A stretch of DNA of 32,840 bases, taken from a virus. Shown piece after piece: positions 23,534-30,941 of the stretch. The notes under the pieces were generated by a model. It ran no database searches. It worked only from the letters and a program-made list of their open reading frames with translations, and was not told the origin of the DNA. The stretch is from the UHGV virus genome UHGV-0259093. One strand, 5' to 3'. The translations under genes were made by a program, and so were the position numbers. Each line of letters opens with the position of its first letter. The stretch's first letter is position 1.

Positions 23534-24472
23534 ATGAAACACATAATCCAAACCAGAAGTGTTTTTAAGGATATCGAAGACTCTTTATTTAGTGAGTTGC
23601 ATTCAGCTAAGACAAGTATCAAAATCTGTGTTGCATGGATAAACTTTGAGCTTTTTGAAAATATATTATTATCTAAGGCTAAAGAAGGTGTTGAAGTTGA
23701 GATATTAGTTAATAATGATTATATCAATACAAAATTTCTTGATAAAATATCTGATAATATAAAACCATTAATTAATCTAATTAAAAACCCTATTAGTAAC
23801 CACTTAATGCATCATAAATTTTGTATCATTGATGATGAAGTTTTGATTACTGGCAGTTATAATTGGTCAAAAAGAGCACCATATCATTATGAAAATATAA
23901 TAATCATCCGTAATGATTTCAATCTAATAATGCAATTTAAACATGAGTTTGCAGATTTAAAATACATGGGTGCAATGCCAAGTACAGAATTTAATGCATT
24001 TAAAGTAACCAAAAATCTCAATAGATTTGTTGTTGGCACATATAGTTCATCTGTGGGGATATATGAAACCGTCACATTGCAGTTATGGGAAATTGATATT
24101 AACAACTTAACTTTTGAACGACATGGCGAAATGGATATCCCTTTCTTCAATTATTTATTAGATATTAATACTGATGATCATTATCTTATTGATGAAAAAG
24201 AAAGGTACATCGATCTATATGATCAAGAGCGTAGACAGATGGAGACTATCCAAAGTCATTTTAGAAGATTAAATTGTTCAATTCATGCTTATGGAACAGC
24301 AATAATAGCGAACGAGAGCGAATACCTTGAAGGTTATGAAGAGCCTATTCGTGTAATTCACTTCAATTGGATAGATATGCGATTAAGCAAAGTATTACCC
24401 TCTTCTTTGCCCGCAACTATGGAACTTGAAGGATTATGGCACGAAATATATGCTCCAAATGGATATATTTAA
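23534..24472 (+). CDS. phospholipase D-family (single HKD motif, Nuc-like) nuclease with an uncharacterised ~160-aa C-terminal domain
   Basis: HHKFCIIDDEVLITGSYNWSKRA is a canonical HxK(x4)D(x6)GSxN motif. RBS aagga 6 nt before the ATG. Markedly AT-rich. Confidence 0.75.
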   Translation: MKHIIQTRSVFKDIEDSLFSELHSAKTSIKICVAWINFELFENILLSKAKEGVEVEILVNNDYINTKFLDKISDNIKPLINLIKNPISNHLMHHKFCIIDDEVLITGSYNWSKRAPYHYENIIIIRNDFNLIMQFKHEFADLKYMGAMPSTEFNAFKVTKNLNRFVVGTYSSSVGIYETVTLQLWEIDINNLTFERHGEMDIPFFNYLLDINTDDHYLIDEKERYIDLYDQERRQMETIQSHFRRLNCSIHAYGTAIIANESEYLEGYEEPIRVIHFNWIDMRLSKVLPSSLPATMELEGLWHEIYAPNGYI

Positions 24473-24489
24473 ATAATATTCTATAATTA

Positions 24490-24864
24490 ATGAGGAACGG
24501 TATTATGTCTAATTATCCTATACCACTTAGCCTTGAATTTAATAGTCAAGATACTGCTAATATCATTTGTAGTTATCTAGAAAAAAATCATCAAGATTCT
24601 ATTTTAAAAACCATATTAAATATAGATTTGTCTTTTATTGATTATCGTGCACAATCTTCTAATTACTTTATAATTAATGACGTTGAATATATTGGAGATA
24701 ATAATTATATTTTATATTATAAAATAAACTACTACATTTATAATCTCTGTAAAGATATGGATATTGATGATGACTACGAGACTTCGATAAATTTTACATT
24801 GAATAATGGATTTTTAGTATTTGATATAATTGATTGTGAAAGAAATATATCAGATGAAATATAG
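24490..24864 (+). CDS. small acidic protein, partner of the PLD nuclease; likely start at ATG 24505
   Basis: RBS gagga 8 nt upstream of the second ATG (MSNYPIPL...). Asp/Glu-rich (DMDIDDDYETS, DIIDCERNISDEI). 32-nt gap after the PLD gene. Confidence 0.55.
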   Translation: MRNGIMSNYPIPLSLEFNSQDTANIICSYLEKNHQDSILKTILNIDLSFIDYRAQSSNYFIINDVEYIGDNNYILYYKINYYIYNLCKDMDIDDDYETSINFTLNNGFLVFDIIDCERNISDEI

Positions 24865-24928
24865 CCATATTTAATTATCACTTAAGGATTTCAACATCAG
24901 GATTTAAATTTTAATTATATATAATAGT

Positions 24929-24960
24929 AAAAGCCTAATACTCATCAGTAATAGGCTTTT
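24929..24960. terminator. bidirectional terminator between convergent genes
   Basis: 9-bp stem aaaagccta (24929-24937) / taggctttt (24952-24960), 14-nt loop, with A and T runs forming part of the stem ends. Confidence 0.55.
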
Positions 24961-24967
24961 ACCTAAA

Positions 24968-25387
24968 TTATAATTGATTCAATCGATAGATATTAGATGT
25001 ACTTGAGCCATCGCTATACACCTCTGATATAGTCAGTTTGTTTCCATCCACTTTGTATTTTACTACACTATCAGCCGGATCATTTCTCCAACGACCTGAG
25101 CTATCTGGATTGTTTGATGCCCACATAACTTGATCATCAATCAGTTTGCACTTGATAGCCCATCTTGTGCTGTCATCTTTACGTATGTAATGGACATAGG
25201 CTACATCAGATTGAATCTTATCAAGCTTCATTATTTTATGATCTCGCCCAAACATAGATGCAGCCGCCGCTTTGCAGATCTGACCAACATTAGCTTCCGC
25301 TGCGTAGAGTGAAGAACTGAACAATAATGGCACAATCACTAATAACTTTATCATCGCATATCGTCTCGTAGTAAAAATTAATTTCAC
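24968..25387 (-). CDS. secreted or periplasmic protein of unknown function
   Basis: Signal-peptide-like N-terminus (MIKLLVIVPLLFSSSLYAAEA). Start 2 nt after the stop of the HNH endonuclease gene, implying co-transcription. Confidence 0.55.
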   Translation of the reverse strand: MKLIFTTRRYAMIKLLVIVPLLFSSSLYAAEANVGQICKAAAASMFGRDHKIMKLDKIQSDVAYVHYIRKDDSTRWAIKCKLIDDQVMWASNNPDSSGRWRNDPADSVVKYKVDGNKLTISEVYSDGSSTSNIYRLNQL

Positions 25388-25388
25388 C

Positions 25389-26114
25389 TTATTTCCTTAA
25401 TAACTTTTTTAATTCCTCAACTGTCTTCATTTCTTTTCCAATATGAATCATTGCATGACAGTTTGCACATAAAGGTATAAGATCTTCAATTGGGTCAATC
25501 TTATAGCGTTTACCAATAGTATGTAGTGGCACTATATGATGAACATGAATATAATTTTTTCCGTGACTTCCATACACTTCTTCAAAATTAAAACCACAGA
25601 CACCACAACTCAAACCATGTTTATCGATACATTCTTTTCTAGCCTTTGGATCTCTCTCATAGTACGTAGCAATCCTTTGATGCTTTTCACCTTCATAGTA
25701 TTCACTTTCTATTTCAGGTGTGAATGAATAGTAATCTTCATCGGTGGCATACCAATCTCCATCTTTTTTAGTAAGATATTTTCGTACTATTTTCTTTTCA
25801 AAATGTTTAATCCTAGCAGCACCATTTTCAGTTGTTTTCTCATGCCTAGTCTGGCTAAAGGTGAAAAGACTATACCCTTCATGTAAAATTTTATCTATGT
25901 GTTCGATAGATTGTGTATAACCATTTTTTTTGTGTCCATTTACATTTTCACGCCAACTGCTAGCCAAGATTAAAACTTTCTTACCATCATCTGATCTAAG
26001 ATCTTCCCAAGCTCCAAAAATTATTTTTTTGTTGATCTCATCAATAAATGACCAACTCCAGTTATCATTTTTACATGTAGCACCCAAAGAACGCATGAAC
26101 TCTGTTCGGGACAT
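25389..26114 (-). CDS. HNH-family endonuclease of restriction type (COG3183-like) with an uncharacterised N-terminal domain
   Basis: C-terminus ERDPKARKECIDKHGLSCGVCGF...IHVHHIVPL...DLIPLCANCHAMIH carries the Cys pair and His/Asn-type HNH motif of predicted HNH restriction endonucleases. Confidence 0.75.
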   Translation of the reverse strand: MSRTEFMRSLGATCKNDNWSWSFIDEINKKIIFGAWEDLRSDDGKKVLILASSWRENVNGHKKNGYTQSIEHIDKILHEGYSLFTFSQTRHEKTTENGAARIKHFEKKIVRKYLTKKDGDWYATDEDYYSFTPEIESEYYEGEKHQRIATYYERDPKARKECIDKHGLSCGVCGFNFEEVYGSHGKNYIHVHHIVPLHTIGKRYKIDPIEDLIPLCANCHAMIHIGKEMKTVEELKKLLRK

Positions 26115-26151
26115 TTTTCATCCTTAAAATATGTGACCTACATCACATGAA

Positions 26152-26232
26152 ACTATCGACTGTAGGAGGTTTCTATCCTTCGTAAAGCTAACAAACCTAC
26201 CCAAAGTAGATAGAAACCTCCTACAATCGATA
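26152..26232. repeat. 25-bp inverted repeat (24/25 match) with 31-bp spacer in a divergent intergenic region
   Basis: ctatcgactgtaggaggtttctatc (26152-26176) versus gatagaaacctcctacaatcgatag (26208-26232). Each arm contains aggagg. Confidence 0.6.
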
Positions 26233-26317
26233 GTGTATGTGTGTTCCTTTTGATGGTAAAGTATTAATATAGTGTTACCTAGACTGGGTGTACATATAAT
26301 CAATATTTGGGTTTGAT

Positions 26318-27028
26318 ATGCTTAATCTCACTAAATGTAATTTACTTTTGATCGGCACTGTAATAACTCTATTACTGATAGCTATTCTTGTAGGTATAAA
26401 AATACTATTCTCCGATTCTAATCCAGATCTAGGCAGCTTAGCAGATTGGATCAGTTCTGTATCCGCAATAGGGACTCTTGGTGTTGCCTGGTTAGCTTAT
26501 AGTAAAGCTGATGACTACATTGACAAAAAAGCTTCGGAAAGAGGAATTGATATCCTTGTCAATATGGTAACTGAATCATTCGTTGCTTATTTCAACTCAC
26601 TAAATGAAACTAATTTCCATGCTTCAAAACTTGAAAATAAAATGATATTGATTGGCTTGGTTGATGAAAAAGTAGATTGCAATATTGAACTACAATCATT
26701 AAGAGAAAAAATCATAACTCTCTTCGAAAATAGTCATCAAATAGACAAAGATTTTATAAAAATGAAAATAATGAAAATATCAAAACCCAGTGATATTTTC
26801 TACGATCCAGTAACTAGCGATGATACATTGCAAGCGTTAAAATTAGCATTTCATAAACTGAACACTGAAATTTGTGAGAATGAAAATCAATACAACATTA
26901 ATAATGATTTACTTAGCGAAAATATCAACTTTATTAAAAACACTACCGAAAAGTTAGCCCATGATATTCGCAAACAGTTCTTTACCTCGCCGAATACTTA
27001 TAAAGATTATTTTGGAAATCTGTCTTAA
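26318..27028 (+). CDS. two-TM membrane protein of unknown function, paralog B of the 549-1289 protein
   Basis: N-terminal helix LLLIGTVITLLLIAILVGI followed by DLGSLADWISSVSAIGTLGVAWLAY. Perfect TATAAT at 26294-26299 upstream. Confidence 0.7.
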   Translation: MLNLTKCNLLLIGTVITLLLIAILVGIKILFSDSNPDLGSLADWISSVSAIGTLGVAWLAYSKADDYIDKKASERGIDILVNMVTESFVAYFNSLNETNFHASKLENKMILIGLVDEKVDCNIELQSLREKIITLFENSHQIDKDFIKMKIMKISKPSDIFYDPVTSDDTLQALKLAFHKLNTEICENENQYNINNDLLSENINFIKNTTEKLAHDIRKQFFTSPNTYKDYFGNLS

Positions 27029-27073
27029 ATTATACGCTATCAAATATTCCATCAACATAAACAAGGAAAGTAG

Positions 27074-27772
27074 ATGACTACTCTCACTAGAACTTATAAT
27101 TTACCAAATGAGCTAGTTGAACATTTTTCAAATAACATTGTCTATTTCGAAAAACTTTTGTCTAAGGATTTTTCTGACTTAAATGTTAATGTAGCACCAG
27201 AAGACATTAAGAAAATAGAAAAATCTTTCGAAGTATCACATAGAATACGTGATTTCGAAATCAATCTGTATTGGCAAAGACTGAACTTCCTTTGGGCCAT
27301 TACAGCATTGCTATTTGCTGGATGGGGAACATTGATCTTTAAAATCATCGAATTCAATGGAGGGGAAGCACCTTATATTATATTTGCCGCCTTATCATTT
27401 CTCTCACTTATAGGTGGGATTGTAACTATATTCACAAGCTTTATCATTGAGGCAGGTAAGCATTGGCAAAAGGTTTGGGAGTTTCATGTTCACGCTCTTG
27501 AACCTTTTGTATCAGGTCATTTATATGCAATTCAGTTTTCTTATAAAAATAAAAAAAAGGCATCTATAAGTAGAAGCGTAGAAACTTTCAATTATGCTTT
27601 GCTGTTTCTTTGGGCATGTTCAGCAGTATTCGCCGCAATCATCCCTTCACAAATAGGGAACGGTCTTGCAGGCATTATCCAATTAGTTATTTCTCTTCTT
27701 ATAGTTGGTGCTTTTGTTTATATACGCAACTCTGTTACTAAAAAGGAGTCTATTAAAATTCAGCTTGATTAA
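27074..27772 (+). CDS. four-TM integral membrane protein of unknown function
   Basis: Hydrophobic segments FLWAITALLFAGWGTLIF, YIIFAALSFLSLIGGIVTIFTSFII, FNYALLFLWACSAVFAAII, GIIQLVISLLIVGAFVYI. Follows paralog B by 45 nt. Confidence 0.65.
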   Translation: MTTLTRTYNLPNELVEHFSNNIVYFEKLLSKDFSDLNVNVAPEDIKKIEKSFEVSHRIRDFEINLYWQRLNFLWAITALLFAGWGTLIFKIIEFNGGEAPYIIFAALSFLSLIGGIVTIFTSFIIEAGKHWQKVWEFHVHALEPFVSGHLYAIQFSYKNKKKASISRSVETFNYALLFLWACSAVFAAIIPSQIGNGLAGIIQLVISLLIVGAFVYIRNSVTKKESIKIQLD

Positions 27773-27792
27773 TGTAGCATAAGGCATCTACT

Positions 27793-28002
27793 TTAAGCAG
27801 CCCCATAATGGGGCTTTCTTTTTTTAGCATTTACTTTTTGAATGCTCATAAGAATCTCACGTACCTTTGCTTCATTATCACCTGCATCATATAGTACCCC
27901 ATCTTTCCAGTACTGACCCAGTAGTTCTACTTTTGGTAAGCCCGGCATTGCCCTTACTCCATCTTCGTGATCAATATGTAATTCAAGTGATCCAATAATC
28001 AT
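27793..28002 (-). CDS. small hypothetical protein
   Basis: 69-aa ORF overlapping the next gene by 4 nt. 3' end overlaps a plus-strand terminator hairpin, which lowers confidence. Confidence 0.35.
   Translation of the reverse strand: MIIGSLELHIDHEDGVRAMPGLPKVELLGQYWKDGVLYDAGDNEAKVREILMSIQKVNAKKRKPHYGAA
27799..27825 (+). terminator. rho-independent terminator after the membrane-protein pair
   Basis: Stem agcccca (27799-27805) / tggggct (27809-27815), 3-nt loop, then ttcttttttt. Confidence 0.6.
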
Positions 28003-28199
28003 TGCACGAAAGTTGTTAGGGTTAATTGAAAGTATTCTGCATCGTCTGGTTGTAGTTCAGCGTAATATTCTGGTGTGCTATCAAATGTAATTTCATTATT
28101 GATCATTACGCCCTGTGTATTTACTGCATATCTACGTTGTTTCATTCGGTCAAATAATAGTATTCCTTTCACGCGGTGATATGTTGTTAGTTCCCTCAT
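27999..28199 (-). CDS. small hypothetical protein
   Basis: 66-aa ORF in an overlapping three-gene string. Confidence 0.4.
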   Translation of the reverse strand: MRELTTYHRVKGILLFDRMKQRRYAVNTQGVMINNEITFDSTPEYYAELQPDDAEYFQLTLTTFVQ

Positions 28200-28525
28200 T
28201 TGGTTAGTCCTTGGTAGTAAGCCTTAGTAGCTCTGATATTGAATTCTTTGTTTAGGTGTGTATATGATGGCATATGCCCGTTATCCGTCATGTATCGCTC
28301 TATGTAGGCCGTAAGTAGTTCTAACTTGGTTGGGCTTACATCTGGTGTATCACTCAATAGAGAGCGTTTAGGGGCGTTATAGAGGCCATCACTTCGACCG
28401 CCTTGATTCTTGATATTGTGGCGTAGTGTATTCCACTTACCGGGCTTTTGTTTTGGCATAGTATTGTACTCCTGTACTGGTTGATTAATTGGGGCGGCGA
28501 CTCGTTCACACCTGCGGCGGTTCAC
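28196..28525 (-). CDS. small hypothetical basic protein; probable true start at ATG 28459 (MPKQKPGKW...)
   Basis: Track start is a GTG. The internal ATG has an aggag RBS about 10 nt upstream. Confidence 0.4.
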   Translation of the reverse strand: MNRRRCERVAAPINQPVQEYNTMPKQKPGKWNTLRHNIKNQGGRSDGLYNAPKRSLLSDTPDVSPTKLELLTAYIERYMTDNGHMPSYTHLNKEFNIRATKAYYQGLTK

Positions 28526-28764
28526 TGCGTGGCGACTTCAAGAGACTTTGAATAACTGACTTTCAGTAGTATCTCTTGAGTACTTACACCTACTGGAGTG
28601 AGCGAAAGCGAGAAAAGCACGCTTGCGGGTTTTCGATGCGATAGCGAGAAAAACGCAATGTGATACCCTTATGTGTTTTTTATAGGGATAATAGATAAGA
28701 CGCTTTAGCGGATTAGCTATTATCCCTCTGAATAATAGATATGGCGTATTTTATATCTGTTTTT

Positions 28765-28924
28765 CATCTTTCCATTAGAAAGTAGGATAATTATAATAGG
28801 TTGGAAAGATGCCATTTTGCCCCCCATTTTAACGGTAGAATGCGGGTTTCAGGGGTGTTGTTGGCCATATTTTCACACCATCTTTCCATCAAAGGGATTC
28901 CCACGCTAAACAGTTGGAAAGATG
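28765..28924. promoter_or_regulatory. two copies of an operator-like inverted-repeat pair in a ~400-bp non-coding region
   Basis: catctttccat at 28765-28775 and 28879-28889; ttggaaagatg at 28801-28811 and 28914-28924. Each pair is a 10/11 inverted repeat separated by 24-25 bp; the two pairs are ~114 bp apart. Confidence 0.5.
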
Positions 28925-28926
28925 AT

Positions 28927-29466
28927 TTATAGTGAATTTATGTATACCTTGATACTTCCTAAGCTAGTTCCATCCCTCATCATCTGGTGTACTTTCTTTT
29001 TTTCGTGCTGTGTTAGCTGTCGTGCATCACCCTTTAGTGCATACTTGATCATTACGCCGTGATTGTATGCCTCTAATAGTTCGTGTGCGGCCTTTACTGC
29101 AATGTTTCTATAATTATATAGCATTGACTTGTTTAGCGGCTTCTCGTTCCATTTCATGCGATTCTGGCGGCGAGTATTCACGGTATGTTGTACTTCCTCT
29201 ATTCCAATCATAGGACACTCTAAAACCAGCTTTAGGATCTCTAACCTACTAACCTTAGTACGGCTAGTGGTTCCTTCAAACTCTTTAGTAATGACTTCAT
29301 CAATAATATCTATTGCTTCTGGTGTAAACTGATTCAAAAACTTATAACCTGATAAAACGTTGTGTAAGTCTGTATTGTCGTATAATTTCTTTTTTCCTGC
29401 CATAATAAATACCTTTATAAAATGTGTTATGTTCCTTAATGGCGTTATGGTGTTTTCTCCCACCAT
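28927..29466 (-). CDS. hypothetical protein; probable start at ATG 29403 (MAGKKKLY...)
   Basis: aaagg RBS before the internal ATG. No motif recognised. Confidence 0.45.
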   Translation of the reverse strand: MVGENTITPLRNITHFIKVFIMAGKKKLYDNTDLHNVLSGYKFLNQFTPEAIDIIDEVITKEFEGTTSRTKVSRLEILKLVLECPMIGIEEVQHTVNTRRQNRMKWNEKPLNKSMLYNYRNIAVKAAHELLEAYNHGVMIKYALKGDARQLTQHEKKKVHQMMRDGTSLGSIKVYINSL

Positions 29467-29478
29467 AACGCCTTTTTA

Positions 29479-29964
29479 TTAGTTGTCTTTTGCAACCTTT
29501 GTATATGTCTGTCTATGTGTACTTCTATTGTACTTTTCATTCATGAATAGCGTGATATTGATACATGACATTCCACCAGTGTATAACGCCTTTACTTCAT
29601 CTTTTTGTACTGGTGTTAGACGTGGTTCATTTTGTTTCTTACGTACTGCCTTACATGAATTTTCACTATATGTAATCCACTGCAAATTAGAAATATTGTT
29701 GTCTCGTTTATCACTATTGATATTATCTACAACTAATCTTTTATTTGTTTGGGGTTTACTTAGAAATGTTTCTGCTACGAGTCTGTGTGTCTCTATCGGA
29801 TATGATTTAGATTTCCCATCCTCATAAACAGTTAAAGTAACTTTATAGTACCCATTACTTTTACTATAACTCTGTGTTAGATAATTACCCGTTTTAGTAT
29901 TGCGTACTTCTCCGTTACTACTTACTTCATAATTTACATATTGTGTTTGTTTCCATAATGTCAT
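29479..29964 (-). CDS. HNH homing endonuclease (NUMOD4-like N-terminus plus HNH_3 motif)
   Basis: YEVSSNGEVRNTKTGNYL and HRLVAETFLSKPQTNKRLVVDNINSDKRDNNISNLQWITYSEN are the hallmark motifs of phage-encoded HNH homing endonucleases. Confidence 0.8.
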   Translation of the reverse strand: MTLWKQTQYVNYEVSSNGEVRNTKTGNYLTQSYSKSNGYYKVTLTVYEDGKSKSYPIETHRLVAETFLSKPQTNKRLVVDNINSDKRDNNISNLQWITYSENSCKAVRKKQNEPRLTPVQKDEVKALYTGGMSCINITLFMNEKYNRSTHRQTYTKVAKDN

Positions 29965-30042
29965 TTTCTCTTCCTTGGACTATGGGGTACTGTGCAATCC
30001 TTGCAAGTACATGAGTAATACTTTTTACGATAGTATCAAACG

Positions 30043-30264
30043 TTATTGATTTTCGATTAGTAGTTTGAAAGTTGGAAAATTCATCCTTTCAAATAGTTCT
30101 GTATGTAGTTTACGTGTTGTGTGGTAATACTTCATATCTTTATAGAAATCAGAATGGATTACCGTATTACAGTACGTTTTACCATTTGGTTTAGATACAT
30201 CTGCAATTAGTACATTGTCGGTATCGGTACGTACATTGTTAAAATGGAATTCGCCAAAGTTCAT
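30043..30264 (-). CDS. small hypothetical protein, translationally coupled to the upstream RHH-like gene (toxin candidate)
   Basis: 73-aa ORF whose ATG overlaps the stop of the RHH-like ORF (TAATG arrangement). No motif recognised. Confidence 0.45.
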   Translation of the reverse strand: MNFGEFHFNNVRTDTDNVLIADVSKPNGKTYCNTVIHSDFYKDMKYYHTTRKLHTELFERMNFPTFKLLIENQ

Positions 30265-30419
30265 TACTTCTTTCCTCCTAAGATTACTTGTTGATTGAGT
30301 AGATATTGTAAAGCGGTACTCATTGATTTTGCTTTCCCTTCATCAATGATACTTTGTAGTACATTGTGTTGATGTTCGTTTAGACGTGCTGATACTTTGT
30401 ATTCTTTATTTTCTTTCAT
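30264..30419 (-). CDS. ribbon-helix-helix (CopG/Arc-like) small DNA-binding protein, 51 aa, below the ORF-track cutoff
   Basis: My translation MKENKEYKVSARLNEHQHNVLQSIIDEGKAKSMSTALQYLLNQQVILGGKK. Short beta-strand (KVSARL) followed by two helices fits the RHH layout. Confidence 0.45.
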   Translation of the reverse strand: MKENKEYKVSARLNEHQHNVLQSIIDEGKAKSMSTALQYLLNQQVILGGKK

Positions 30420-30467
30420 TGATTTTCCTTTTGTCTGCAAATCCTTAAAAATTTCATGTAAAAATCA

Positions 30468-30485
30468 CCCCGTAGGGATACGGGG
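30468..30485 (-). terminator. hairpin terminator for minus-strand transcription entering from the right
   Basis: Stem ccccgta / tacgggg with ggga loop; T-run follows on the minus strand. Confidence 0.4.
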
Positions 30486-30828
30486 TAATAACAAAATCTA
30501 AGGAGGAGGGATTTTAATATTCACACTTATTTATGAGATGAGAGCGGTCGCCCCCTTCATATACTATTATTATATCACATTTTGCCCATTTCGTCCCAGA
30601 AATCGACAAAATCAATTTTAAGTGGCTGATTTATATGTATTTATTACAGAAGTCGCGATTATCGCCATAATGCATAAGAAGAGATATACTAAAAATGCAA
30701 TGTATAGATAAACTATCCACCCGGTGATCATAAACACCATACCTACCACTAATACAAAAGCACTGACTAACCAATCTAACATAGTTTCCCCTTATAATTA
30801 TTATGTACAATTATTTATCAATAAGACG

Positions 30829-30867
30829 AAAAAAAGCCCCGTAATGCGACATCAATCGATACGGGGC
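30829..30867 (-). terminator. rho-independent terminator downstream of the serine recombinase gene
   Basis: Stem gccccgta (30836-30843) / tacggggc (30860-30867), followed on the minus strand by seven T (plus 30829-30835 aaaaaaa), ~75 nt after the recombinase stop. Confidence 0.5.
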
Positions 30868-30941
30868 ATAACAACTACTACTATATTATTTTTTGTTTAC
30901 GGTATTTCTAATCTACTTTCTAGGCCAAAATAAATGCCCGT

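Noticed and set aside
26152-26232. The 25-bp inverted repeat as the attP of the serine recombinase
   Set aside because: Serine-integrase attP sites are usually ~40-50 bp with shorter imperfect arms and lie close to the integrase gene; this repeat is ~4.7 kb away with long near-perfect arms. Kept as a regulatory or recombination-site finding.
30724-30933. Plus-strand 69-aa ORF downstream of the recombinase
   Set aside because: It reads straight through the strong terminator hairpin at 30836-30867 and encodes a low-complexity Thr/Ile-rich peptide.
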